Source of the DNA: Bacteroidales bacterium
Lineage (GTDB): Bacteria > Bacteroidota > Bacteroidia > Bacteroidales > JACABE01
Reading direction: 5' to 3'
NCBI GenBank assembly: GCA_038204725.1
Contig: JBBRCQ010000003.1
Span: 84,148 to 148,147, forward strand
DNA length: 64,000 nt
The translations under genes and the position numbers were made by a program. This document shows positions 1 to 8,370 of this stretch, piece by piece. Every line of letters begins with the position of its first letter. The first letter of the stretch is position 1. The notes under the pieces are model-generated. The model was given only the letters and a program-made list of their open reading frames with translations. It was not told the origin of the DNA and searched no databases.

Positions 1-352
1 GGCTTTCAAATAAGCGATCCTGGTTTAAGGGTTTGGTCATAAAATCAAATACAAAGTGATCGAAGCTATCACCGGCATATTTACGATGGGCAGTTATAAT
101 AATTACTTTAGTTTTGGAACAGTCGATATATTTTAACAATTGGAAACCATTTAAATGGGGCATATCGATGTCCAAAAAAATAAAATCAGGATTCATTTCA
201 TTCACTTTATCTACGCCGCTTATCACATCCAGACAATTATCAATACACTGAAATCCAACATGAATCTTCATTAAATCGCGAAGGTAATCAATGGAAAGAT
301 AATCATCATCTATAATGATGTAAGTATACGTTTTGGATTTTATTTTTCTCAT
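1..352 (-). CDS. Response regulator receiver domain (LytTR/AlgR-like), runs off the window edge
   Basis: Not in the ORF track. Manual translation from ATG at 352: MRKIKSKTYTYIIIDDDYLSIDYL...PDFIFLDIDMPHLNGFQLL...VIIITAHRKYAGDSF...DFMTKP. It has the acidic pocket DD, the phospho-Asp in LDIDMP, the conserved T and KP. TATATTTG box on the minus strand at 384-391. Confidence 0.85.
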   Translation of the reverse strand, partial: MRKIKSKTYTYIIIDDDYLSIDYLRDLMKIHVGFQCIDNCLDVISGVDKVNEMNPDFIFLDIDMPHLNGFQLLKYIDCSKTKVIIITAHRKYAGDSFDHFVFDFMTKPLNQDRLFES

Positions 353-752
353 TTCAATGCATATTGTATTTGCAATTTCAATGCAAATATAAAAAGAATA
401 GTTAATATTTGGTGACAAAAGGGGGATATAAATACATCTTTCTATGATACGGTTTGTTCCTATCGATATTACAGTATCTAGTTTTTTTTGTGTAGTATAA
501 ACTGTATAAGTGGATTTTAAGTATTAATTATTTGTGTTTTTCAAGATAATGTTCCAAAAAACCTTTGGCATCTTCGATGGAGATGTGTTTGGCAATAATT
601 TTGAAGTTTAAATTGATAAGGAATCAAATTTTTATTTTACAAACTTAAATAGTATCGATGTTGTCGTACCAAAGAATAATATGATATATTGTACCACTGC
701 AAAATATCAGATATTCAAAATGGACACATAGCTAGATTTTCAAATAAGCACA

Positions 753-1880
753 CTATCTATATATTTCTTTATTCAGTTTGTTTACTTTTCTTTTATTTAC
801 AACAAAACCGGTTTCTTTGGTGTAAGTACCACATTCTTCCACAGCCACATAGCCTTCTTCTCCTTTCCATTTAGCAATGTAGGGGTTGTAATGGCATTTG
901 GCAGGCTGTGAGTAAATATTATCCGGATCTTTTATGAATGCACGGCAATCGGTACATATATGGCGAAATTCACAATCTTTGCACACATCTATTTTATCCT
1001 TACAGATAAACCACAAATCCTTAAAGCCTGGCTTTTCCATAGCTTCTTTTAAAGTTGTATCTTTAATATTTCCAAAACTTTGTTGCATGCTCGGGCAGTT
1101 CTTTATTTCGCCATCTGCATCTATGCAGATTTTACGGTTAAGGCAGGTATTGTGGAGCTGGGATTCGGTGAAAAGAGGGAAATACACAGAAAAATATCTT
1201 TTGTCAATTACACCACATGTATTTTTACACATTAAATAATCAATTACTTCCAAATTACAATTTAATTTCACCTTTTTTACTGTATTATTTTGAGGTTTAA
1301 ATAGTACAATATCTTTTATTATTTCTAATTTATTAATAGCTTCAAATACAATAATTTCATTAAAGTCAATGTAATTATTATTTATATAAATGCTAACTGT
1401 TTTTACTTTTGAACTTTTTAATATATCTATTATCTTTAAAAATGTGTTTTTTGAAATGGGATTTAAAAATTCAAAAAGCAAATGGGGACAATTCAGTTCA
1501 TTAAATTGGATTATAGCTAATTCTAATGAAAAAATTGATTTATCTGAAAATTCGATAATTCCATTTGAAACATTACTTGGGAAATCCCAATGGAGCGACA
1601 TGGGAGGGAAAAACTTTTTTTCTGAATTTGAAATAAAAGTCGCATATTGATTAGATACCAGTAAGTCAACATATTCCGTAATTATTTTGGAATAATCCTT
1701 ATATTTAATTTGTAAATCATTAATCGAAACCCTTTTACATTCATATACAAAGTCAATTAAAGAATTCGGAATATTCTCAATTTTACTTCTTTGTAAATCC
1801 ATCAGTAATCCCTGTTTATAACCTTTAGTTAAAAAACAGGTAGAAAAAAAATGAAGATATTTATTATTAGTTTCTACCAT
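753..1880 (-). CDS. gwsS: Grasp-with-SPASM system SPASM-domain peptide maturase (module 1)
   Basis: N-terminal F..C...KG.....DLQR. C-terminal SPASM Cys pattern NTCLNRKICID..GEIKNCPSM...VCKDCEFRHICTDCR...KC. No CxxxCxxC. Adjacent to an ATP-grasp gene; matches my recollection of TIGR04193. Confidence 0.9.
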   Translation of the reverse strand: MVETNNKYLHFFSTCFLTKGYKQGLLMDLQRSKIENIPNSLIDFVYECKRVSINDLQIKYKDYSKIITEYVDLLVSNQYATFISNSEKKFFPPMSLHWDFPSNVSNGIIEFSDKSIFSLELAIIQFNELNCPHLLFEFLNPISKNTFLKIIDILKSSKVKTVSIYINNNYIDFNEIIVFEAINKLEIIKDIVLFKPQNNTVKKVKLNCNLEVIDYLMCKNTCGVIDKRYFSVYFPLFTESQLHNTCLNRKICIDADGEIKNCPSMQQSFGNIKDTTLKEAMEKPGFKDLWFICKDKIDVCKDCEFRHICTDCRAFIKDPDNIYSQPAKCHYNPYIAKWKGEEGYVAVEECGTYTKETGFVVNKRKVNKLNKEIYR

Positions 1881-2041
1881 CTCTTTATTTTACATATTGG
1901 TTTAAATAATAGTCGTACTATCTGATTATTTGTTTGAACTTTATCATTATTATCTTTTTGTGCTATTACTACTTTGTCATCCTCAAAATATCTGTAATTG
2001 AAAGGGAATAGTTTTAATTCAGTCTTTCTTAGAAAACGCAT
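1874..2041 (-). CDS. Small 55-aa ORF between ATP-grasp and SPASM genes (module 1)
   Basis: Below the track cutoff. MRFLRKTELKLFPFNYRYFEDDKVVIAQKDNNDKVQTNNQIVRLLFKPICKIKRW*. Fills the intergenic gap, its stop overlaps the gwsS start (ATGGTAG), and it is syntenic with 7205-7420. Confidence 0.6.
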   Translation of the reverse strand: MRFLRKTELKLFPFNYRYFEDDKVVIAQKDNNDKVQTNNQIVRLLFKPICKIKRW

Positions 2042-2056
2042 TATTTAAAATATATG

Positions 2057-3028
2057 TTAATTGATTGTTGAATATTTTGTAAGATTATTTGCAATTGTTC
2101 GTTCAATATAATAATTACAGCGAACACTCACATAATCAAATTGTCCCGCAGGATTGAGTTCTAAAAAAACGAAATCATTACCGTCATAGATTAAATCAAT
2201 TGAAGCACTTTCTAAGCCGATGTTTTTTAATAACTTTTTCAATTTTGTAATTATTTGAATTGGAAGATTAAAAGGAACCATTCTCGTTGAAAATGCATCA
2301 CCATCCCTTATATCAGTTATATTTTTGTCAATTGGGAATATAGCCATTGAAAAAATATTTTTTTGAAAAACGAAAGATCTAATCTCTATTTCCCTGTTTA
2401 TCTGATGTTGAAATAATGAATAATAAAATTCATCATCATTTTTAATAGCTTCTCTTTGCATGCTTCTAACGCATAAATCAAATAAATACTTTTCATTTTT
2501 ACGCCTAAAAACATCTTTAATAGTTTTTGTAATAATACGATTAGTAAGTGTAATATCTTCAGCTTTTTTACATATTACAGTTTCCGGAATTTTTAAACCT
2601 ATTTTAATCGCTTGTTGTAATACAATTAATTTATTTGAATTGTATTTTCTCATATCGTTGATATGATTTTTGGTAACAATAAATTCTCCAATAAAATCGA
2701 AAAGAGAATGTCTTTCTTCAGATAATTGGTGGTGAAACAATTTCTTTGCTTCAATTGGTATTTTTTTGTTTAAATAGGCAGATGGCGGTGGTGGTATAAT
2801 ATTAAAAAAGCCTCTTCTACACCATATAATTTTAAAATCAATAATATTATACAATTGATTATTGTATTCAAAAAAAACATCAATTTGTTGATTCGTAATA
2901 TTTATTTTTTGAATGATATTAGTACTCCATTCCTCGTCTAATCTTAAATAAGGGGTATTATAAAAATCTAACCATTCGCATACTTTATCGGTAGAGACAT
3001 CTCTTTGTTCACTCAAAATTAATATCAT
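2057..3028 (-). CDS. gwsG: Grasp-with-SPASM system ATP-grasp peptide maturase (module 1)
   Basis: MILILS...D.ST..VCEWL N-terminus; NKL..LQ.A...GL.IPET; SLFQ..I...EIR; FLELNPAGQFD. MvdD/RimK-like ATP-grasp fold. Confidence 0.9.
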   Translation of the reverse strand: MILILSEQRDVSTDKVCEWLDFYNTPYLRLDEEWSTNIIQKINITNQQIDVFFEYNNQLYNIIDFKIIWCRRGFFNIIPPPPSAYLNKKIPIEAKKLFHHQLSEERHSLFDFIGEFIVTKNHINDMRKYNSNKLIVLQQAIKIGLKIPETVICKKAEDITLTNRIITKTIKDVFRRKNEKYLFDLCVRSMQREAIKNDDEFYYSLFQHQINREIEIRSFVFQKNIFSMAIFPIDKNITDIRDGDAFSTRMVPFNLPIQIITKLKKLLKNIGLESASIDLIYDGNDFVFLELNPAGQFDYVSVRCNYYIERTIANNLTKYSTIN

Positions 3029-4179
3029 TTGTTGTATAATTTTATATCTTTCTCATTATACTTTTTTATTATTTTTTCTTGCTCTGCTTTATATTCATTT
3101 ATCATTGCTTCCGTTGCATTTTCTTCAATATCCATAAAGCTATTGCTATAGAATATGAAATCATTATTAAAATTTATTACTTTTTGTCGAAACTTCCACA
3201 GGCTTTTGTCTTGTTCTTCTTGAAATGAACACAAATAAATTTTTTCCCTTCTTTCGTTTACTTCTTTTTCTTGTTTTTTTGAAGGTTGAAATACCAATAA
3301 TTTATCGTAAAGTGTAAATCCATTTGAAGATCCTAAAAAGCCACCTCTATATTGACTAAATAATTTACTATATTCGGTATTAAAACATCGATCTATTAAT
3401 CTTGCATATACCTTATTATCCATTGTTCCATTACAAAGCTGTGCTTTTAAATACTTTAGCCACCTAATATCATGCCAGGCGGTTGAATGTATGATTAAAA
3501 CTTCCAGTATGCTTTCTGCATTTGCTGCATTTCTTCCAGTAATTTCTCCGTATTTTTCCCATAAGGCAATCAGCTTTATCATATTTATGGAATCTACAGC
3601 TCTGATGGTATCAGCAAAAGGAGTTTTGTAGAGCATTGGTTGAGTGTATTTAGCAATGCCTTCTCTTCTTATTTTTTGATCGGCTTCTTCTATACTTTCA
3701 AGTGCATCACTTAAACTATCAACTTTAAGATATTCAATTTTAACGGTATCAAAAATTTTGGGGAGACTTTTCCAATATTGCATTTTTGTTAAATCAGGAT
3801 AAGAATCAGCATATACTTCCAATTTTTCAGCTACATCAATTGGCTTGTGCCCAATTTTAAGTTTCAAAATAAGATAATTTATAATTGTAGCAGAATCTTT
3901 TGCAGATAAGCATTCTGCTACTAATGCTCTATGTAAATCAATGAGAAAAGGCTCTTTGTACTTAAATGCTTTTGAATAACACAGAGATGCTTTACGATAG
4001 TTCCCTTTAGTAATTTGTATTTCTGCTTTGTTTACATTGGTATAATATTCTTTTACACCTGATTTAAAATCCATTCCATCAAGATAAATGCTTTCAGGTG
4101 TTTTCGTTTGTGATATGCCTAATAATGGTACTGTCAAAATAAAAACGATATTTAGAAATAAATTTCTTAGGTTTTTCAT
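3025..4179 (-). CDS. Secreted hypothetical protein, DUF6624-like
   Basis: Signal peptide; motifs DQKIR, DSIN...KYG, YARLIDR and NERREKI resemble DUF6624 proteins; 4-nt overlap with the gwsG start. Confidence 0.6.
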   Translation of the reverse strand: MKNLRNLFLNIVFILTVPLLGISQTKTPESIYLDGMDFKSGVKEYYTNVNKAEIQITKGNYRKASLCYSKAFKYKEPFLIDLHRALVAECLSAKDSATIINYLILKLKIGHKPIDVAEKLEVYADSYPDLTKMQYWKSLPKIFDTVKIEYLKVDSLSDALESIEEADQKIRREGIAKYTQPMLYKTPFADTIRAVDSINMIKLIALWEKYGEITGRNAANAESILEVLIIHSTAWHDIRWLKYLKAQLCNGTMDNKVYARLIDRCFNTEYSKLFSQYRGGFLGSSNGFTLYDKLLVFQPSKKQEKEVNERREKIYLCSFQEEQDKSLWKFRQKVINFNNDFIFYSNSFMDIEENATEAMINEYKAEQEKIIKKYNEKDIKLYNK

Positions 4180-4183
4180 ATTG

Positions 4184-5275
4184 TTATGGTTTTATTGTAA
4201 TTTCTATTTTGTTGATTTTCATTTGTTCTGATAAAGATAATTTAGCTGTTGCCGGATACATTTCATCTTTCCCAATATACAATATCCGAGTAGCACTTAT
4301 TCCATATTCTATCAGATAATTAGCAATTGCTTGAGCTCTTTGCTTTGACAATATGTTATTTTCTTGATTTTTGATGGTGTAACAATTAATTTCAATGCTT
4401 TTCTTCGGATTGATTTTTAAAAAGTTAAATAAAATATCCAATGTATAAATTGATTTAGTTTCAAATTCTGGTTCATTCTCTTTAAAATAAATGCCTTCCA
4501 AAACAAAAGGTTTATTTACAGATTGCAAATCTTTTGAAAGCATATTTTCATAAGGCGTTAAAAAAAGATTATCAATATAGAATTGACAAATGCCCTCCCA
4601 AATTTTAGGATTGTGTTGACCTAAATCTTTAAAATTTCCAATAAGCAAGTAACTATAATCCATCGTTGGGATAAAGTAGGCAGTAAATTTAGTCCATTGT
4701 TTTATTGGTGTCGAATCATTTAATTTAATGCTGATGAATGGATTTAAGGTGATTTTATTTTTATATAGGTTGTACATAAAAGGTATGTCAAAAGAGTTTT
4801 TCGTTCTAAAAACGACACCAAAGTCTGCTTGATTAATAAGAAATGGATCTGCTACTTCTTCTTCTATTTTATTTGCATCTACCCTGTAATACATTTCAAA
4901 ATAATATACAACCCCTTTCATAATTGGCTGTTTTAGTTTTGCTTGCACCACGTTCTTATATTTACAGCCCAAACTTCGCATGTAACAATTTCCTTCATAA
5001 GGATAGATTGGATTAAAACTTACATCTTTATGATAATTCAACCTTGATTTAATAGATGGAATCAAGGTTTTATCAATATGCATACCCGTCCATGGTCCAT
5101 ATTGCCCCCGTGGTTGTATCCAATCCCAATCTTTTGCTCTGAAATATTTCCCGGATGTATCGTAAGTTTTTATTTCTTTTTCTTCAAATCCGGCGTTTGG
5201 GATAAGGTTTTGGGCTTTAAGGAATTGTATACTCCAACACAAAATTAATAATAACAGCCAATTTTTTTTTATCAT
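4184..5275 (-). CDS. Secreted protein with N-terminal beta-sandwich (QNLIPNAGFE) and C-terminal OmpA-like domain
   Basis: Start moved to MIKKNWLLLLILCWSIQFLKA (signal peptide). C-terminal LEGIYF...IEINCYT...NNILSKQRAQAIANYL..GI..TRI...G is an OmpA_C-like domain with a degenerate GHTD motif. Confidence 0.75.
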   Translation of the reverse strand: MIKKNWLLLLILCWSIQFLKAQNLIPNAGFEEKEIKTYDTSGKYFRAKDWDWIQPRGQYGPWTGMHIDKTLIPSIKSRLNYHKDVSFNPIYPYEGNCYMRSLGCKYKNVVQAKLKQPIMKGVVYYFEMYYRVDANKIEEEVADPFLINQADFGVVFRTKNSFDIPFMYNLYKNKITLNPFISIKLNDSTPIKQWTKFTAYFIPTMDYSYLLIGNFKDLGQHNPKIWEGICQFYIDNLFLTPYENMLSKDLQSVNKPFVLEGIYFKENEPEFETKSIYTLDILFNFLKINPKKSIEINCYTIKNQENNILSKQRAQAIANYLIEYGISATRILYIGKDEMYPATAKLSLSEQMKINKIEITIKP

Positions 5276-5296
5276 GGAATTTAATATATTATGTAT

Positions 5297-5328
5297 TAAA
5301 AGGCAGATTCCAATAAATCTGCCTTTTA
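5297..5328. terminator. Stem-loop directly downstream of precursor 1
   Basis: TAAAAGGCAGATT (5297-5309) / AATCTGCCTTTTA (5316-5328): perfect 13-bp inverted repeat. Confidence 0.7.
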
Positions 5329-5343
5329 TTAATAACCGAACGA

Positions 5344-5565
5344 TTATTCGTAGTACCATTTAACTGATTGTACAAACCAGCCACCTTCACCATCGGCCCA
5401 TTCGTGTACTGTATCCCCAGTGCTAGGATGATCAAATTTATCTGTTGTATATGTAGTAGCTCTGTCTTGTAATGTACCACGAACTGGATTTCTCCCTCCC
5501 ACCAATTCACTCATTTGTTCAGTTTCTAATTGATTTACTTTATTAATGGATTCTAGTTTTTTCAT
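5344..5565 (-). CDS. RiPP precursor peptide 1 (double-glycine leader)
   Basis: Leader MKKLESINKVNQLETEQMSELVGG, then a 49-aa core rich in T/S/K donors, D/E acceptors and W/Y/F. First gene of the ATP-grasp/SPASM operon. Confidence 0.88.
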   Translation of the reverse strand: MKKLESINKVNQLETEQMSELVGGRNPVRGTLQDRATTYTTDKFDHPSTGDTVHEWADGEGGWFVQSVKWYYE

Positions 5566-5701
5566 TATTATAATTTTTATTTATTAAACTTAAATTTCCA
5601 CTTTCACAGGAATTATGCACTTTGCATAAGAACCATCGCTTAAAATTTTCTTTCCCATCGGATTTTTAAGAAACCGGAAAATGTTGCAAAATTTATGTAT
5701 G

Positions 5702-5812
5702 TTTGCAACGCCTCCTTTATATACTTAAATACATGTCTCGTCTGGCACTTTTAAGTGGATTTTACGCCGCTGCAAACTTTAAAGGAGGTCTTTGCAGCGG
5801 CTTTTTTATTTG
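5702..5812. ncRNA. Conserved structured non-coding element, copy 1 (candidate cis-regulatory RNA or sRNA)
   Basis: 107/111 identical to 10046-10156. 11-bp stem GCCGCTGCAAA/TTTGCAGCGGC followed by T6. Loop TAAAGGAGG is complementary to the 5' CCTCCTTTA. Inner stem ACTTAAA/TTTAAGT. Confidence 0.7.
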
Positions 5813-5866
5813 GCTTTCATCGTTTATTATATTAATTTTTATGATTTTTATTTATAATTTCCATTG

Positions 5867-5874
5867 CAAATCTA
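5867..5874 (-). promoter_or_regulatory. Bacteroidota sigma-A -7 box for module 1
   Basis: TAGATTTG on the minus strand matches TAnnTTTG and would place the conserved element in the precursor 5' UTR. No clear -33 box. Confidence 0.45.
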
Positions 5875-6072
5875 TGTTAAAAAAGCAAACATTTTACATC
5901 GGGTTTTGAGTTGGTGACGTAGCAGTGATGAAAAAAAATAAAATTCGACTTAAACTGCTCAGCCCCTTGGATGAACGTAAAAAAAATAAAATGAAAAAAT
6001 GAAAAAATAAATGACTTGGGATTTTTTAATAATCAAAATCATTTAATTTGAACTGTTGAATGCATATTCAAG

Positions 6073-7221
6073 CTAGCTATTGATTCCCTGGTCTCCCCAT
6101 ATCTGTTTATTGAGTTTGTTTACTTTTCGTTTATTAACCACAAAGCCTGTTTCTGTATTGCTGCCACATTCTTCCACAGCTACATAACCTTCTTCGCCTT
6201 GCCATTTGGCAATGTAGGGGTTGTAATTGCATTTGGCAGGTTGTGAATACATATTTTCGGAGTCTTTAATAAAAGCACGACAATCGGTACATATATGGCG
6301 AAACTCACAATCTTTACACACATCTATTTTATCCTTACAGATAAACCACATATCTTTAAATCCGGGTTTCTCCATGGCTTCTTTTAAAGTTGTATCTTTT
6401 ATATTACCAAAGCTAAGGCTCATGCTCGGGCAGTTCTTTATTTCGCCATCGGCATCAATACAGATTTTACGGTTAAGACAAGTATTGTGGAGTTGGGATT
6501 CGGTGAAAAGACATGATTCTACTGAAAAGTATAATTTAGAGATATATCCATGACAACTGCTATTTTCATCTATTTTCCCTTTTACAAAAAGGAAATTACA
6601 AACAGGATCTGTCAAAGGAATTTTTCTAAAAAACGGAGCGGAAAATACGATAACAGAACCTATTCTAGGATATCTTTTTACTAGTAAAATTAATTCTTCT
6701 ACATTAATATTCTCGGTGTATTTTATATATAAGTCAATATATTTTATGGGTGTTCCCTCAAACAAATCACCTAACAGATTTATTTCTGAAAGTAAAAATT
6801 CAGTAAAAATTTTAATTTGCAAATTATCACATCTCAAATCGACCAATTCCATAATAATATGTGGTGAGAAATTGTGAATGTCTTTAATATCAATTATTGC
6901 ATTTGAAATGACAGCCGGATAATCCCAAGCTTTACTTAAAGCCGGGAAAAATTTTAATTCATTACTCGTACATGTAAATAACATTTCATTCTTTTCAAGG
7001 AAGGAAAAATAATTGTCTATAATTTCATTATTTTCACTATTATAAACTTGCTTTATTTCTTTTAAAGTTTTATTGGAATTTTTCTTAATAATATCATGTA
7101 GAATATTAGGAATAAAAACACTGATATCTCTTTGAAAATCACAAATCAATGATCTTCTATACCCTTTTACTATTTCGCAACATGCAAACATCTTAAAATT
7201 ATCTTTATCTTTCATTATCAA
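6073..7221 (-). CDS. gwsS: Grasp-with-SPASM system SPASM-domain peptide maturase (module 2)
   Basis: FACCEIVKGYRRSLICDFQR N-terminus; same SPASM Cys pattern; C-terminal ~138 aa differ from 753-1880 at ~12 positions; no CxxxCxxC. Confidence 0.9.
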   Translation of the reverse strand: MIMKDKDNFKMFACCEIVKGYRRSLICDFQRDISVFIPNILHDIIKKNSNKTLKEIKQVYNSENNEIIDNYFSFLEKNEMLFTCTSNELKFFPALSKAWDYPAVISNAIIDIKDIHNFSPHIIMELVDLRCDNLQIKIFTEFLLSEINLLGDLFEGTPIKYIDLYIKYTENINVEELILLVKRYPRIGSVIVFSAPFFRKIPLTDPVCNFLFVKGKIDENSSCHGYISKLYFSVESCLFTESQLHNTCLNRKICIDADGEIKNCPSMSLSFGNIKDTTLKEAMEKPGFKDMWFICKDKIDVCKDCEFRHICTDCRAFIKDSENMYSQPAKCNYNPYIAKWQGEEGYVAVEECGSNTETGFVVNKRKVNKLNKQIWGDQGINS

Positions 7222-7420
7222 CGTCTAATGATTTAGAGATTAATTTATAAAACCCCATCATCGTAAATTTATCAGTATCTAACATATTAACTTGAAATGG
7301 TATTCTTGATACTTTTTTACCCAAGCTTTTTTTACCAGATTTTAAGTAATAAAATAACAATGGAATATCTAATCCTTGTTCTTTCAGCTTCCTTCTTAAA
7401 AAAATCTCTTTTTTATTCAT
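7205..7420 (-). CDS. Small 71-aa ORF between ATP-grasp and SPASM genes (module 2)
   Basis: Overlaps both neighbours (translational coupling); basic, with IPLLFYYL and RIPFQ segments. Confidence 0.7.
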   Translation of the reverse strand: MNKKEIFLRRKLKEQGLDIPLLFYYLKSGKKSLGKKVSRIPFQVNMLDTDKFTMMGFYKLISKSLDVDNER

Positions 7421-8369
7421 GGTCGTTTTTTATTAAGAATTTTGCAATGTCTTTTTCGATAAAATAATTACAATATTTTGAAACAAAGTCAAATTGACCA
7501 ACAGGGTTAACCTCCAGAAAAACAAATTTATGGTCGGTAGTATAAATAAAATCCAATGAACCTGTATTCAATTGATACAAATCCATAAACTTTTTGATTT
7601 GTTTCTTTAAATGAGTGGGTAATGAGAAAGGTACACTTCTGTTAGGCTTTTCTTTATTGTAGTTTCTAAGATCAATTTTTGTCTTTTTATCTTTTTGCGA
7701 AAAAATAGCCATTGCAAACATTTTGCCATCCAAATAGAACACCCTGATTTCGTATCTTTTCTCAATCGCGTTTTGAACAAATGAAGGGAAAAGAGTTGTA
7801 TCTTCATTCTGTAATTTCTTTAAATCTACTAATTCAGTATAACATCCATAATTATTCGTTTCAACAGAAAACGGAAAACCTGGACTCAGTACTTTTGTTA
7901 TTAATTTGCTTTTTGATTCTTTCTCCAATAAATGAATATTCGTGATTACACTTGAATTAGGAATTAATAAGCCTGCTTTCTTTGCCAATTCAAGTGCTTG
8001 AAGTTTATTCGCATTTCCATTAAAAAAACTACCCAATGATTTTTTTGTTTCAAATTGAAAATGAATAAAATCAATAATGGTTTCAGTTTCTTTTAATAAC
8101 ATTTTATTAATATCAGAATATCCTGAATAAACATTAAAATAAAAACGAATCAAGTACCTGCGCATCCAACATACATAAATATCTATACTTGATGTCAATA
8201 CTTTGTTTAAATAAAATATTAATTCTGTTTTTTCATTATTAACAATTAACTCATACCATTTTAAATATGTATTGTCGTTTATGATAATGTATTTTACATC
8301 CCATAATTCGAGCCACCTTACTACTTCATAAGTGCTTATATCATTTTGGTCTGTTACAATAAGAATCAT
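7413..8369 (-). CDS. gwsG: Grasp-with-SPASM system ATP-grasp peptide maturase (module 2)
   Basis: MILIVT..ND.ST..V..WL; ANKLQALELAKKAGLLIP; FPSFVQ..IEKRYEIR; FLEVNPVGQFD. Confidence 0.92.
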   Translation of the reverse strand: MILIVTDQNDISTYEVVRWLELWDVKYIIINDNTYLKWYELIVNNEKTELIFYLNKVLTSSIDIYVCWMRRYLIRFYFNVYSGYSDINKMLLKETETIIDFIHFQFETKKSLGSFFNGNANKLQALELAKKAGLLIPNSSVITNIHLLEKESKSKLITKVLSPGFPFSVETNNYGCYTELVDLKKLQNEDTTLFPSFVQNAIEKRYEIRVFYLDGKMFAMAIFSQKDKKTKIDLRNYNKEKPNRSVPFSLPTHLKKQIKKFMDLYQLNTGSLDFIYTTDHKFVFLEVNPVGQFDFVSKYCNYFIEKDIAKFLIKNDHE

Positions 8370-8370
8370 A

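Noticed and set aside
934-1239. Similar antisense ORFs 934-1239 and 6227-6553, and the many other short antisense ORFs in the track
   Set aside because: They are shadows of conserved sense genes with no independent coding evidence.
5276-5359. N-terminal extension of the OmpA-like ORF
   Set aside because: It overlaps the precursor stop and the hairpin; the signal peptide begins at the ATG at 5275.
5702-5812. Assignment of the element to a known riboswitch or ribozyme (ZTP, pistol, hammerhead)
   Set aside because: Only fragmentary resemblance (CGTCTGG); the other conserved cores are absent. Needs an Infernal search.
5703-5909. 68-aa + strand ORF (or the ATG micro-ORF MSRLA...GFFI) as the reason the 111-bp element is conserved
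   Set aside because: Copy 2 has a stop (TAA) at codon 10 of the long frame and ends the ATG frame after 26 aa. All substitutions are nonsense or non-synonymous yet spare the stems, which favours RNA structure. A micropeptide is not fully excluded.
5905-5990. GATGAA direct repeats as LytTR binding sites
   Set aside because: Spacing is irregular and there is no equivalent upstream of module 2.
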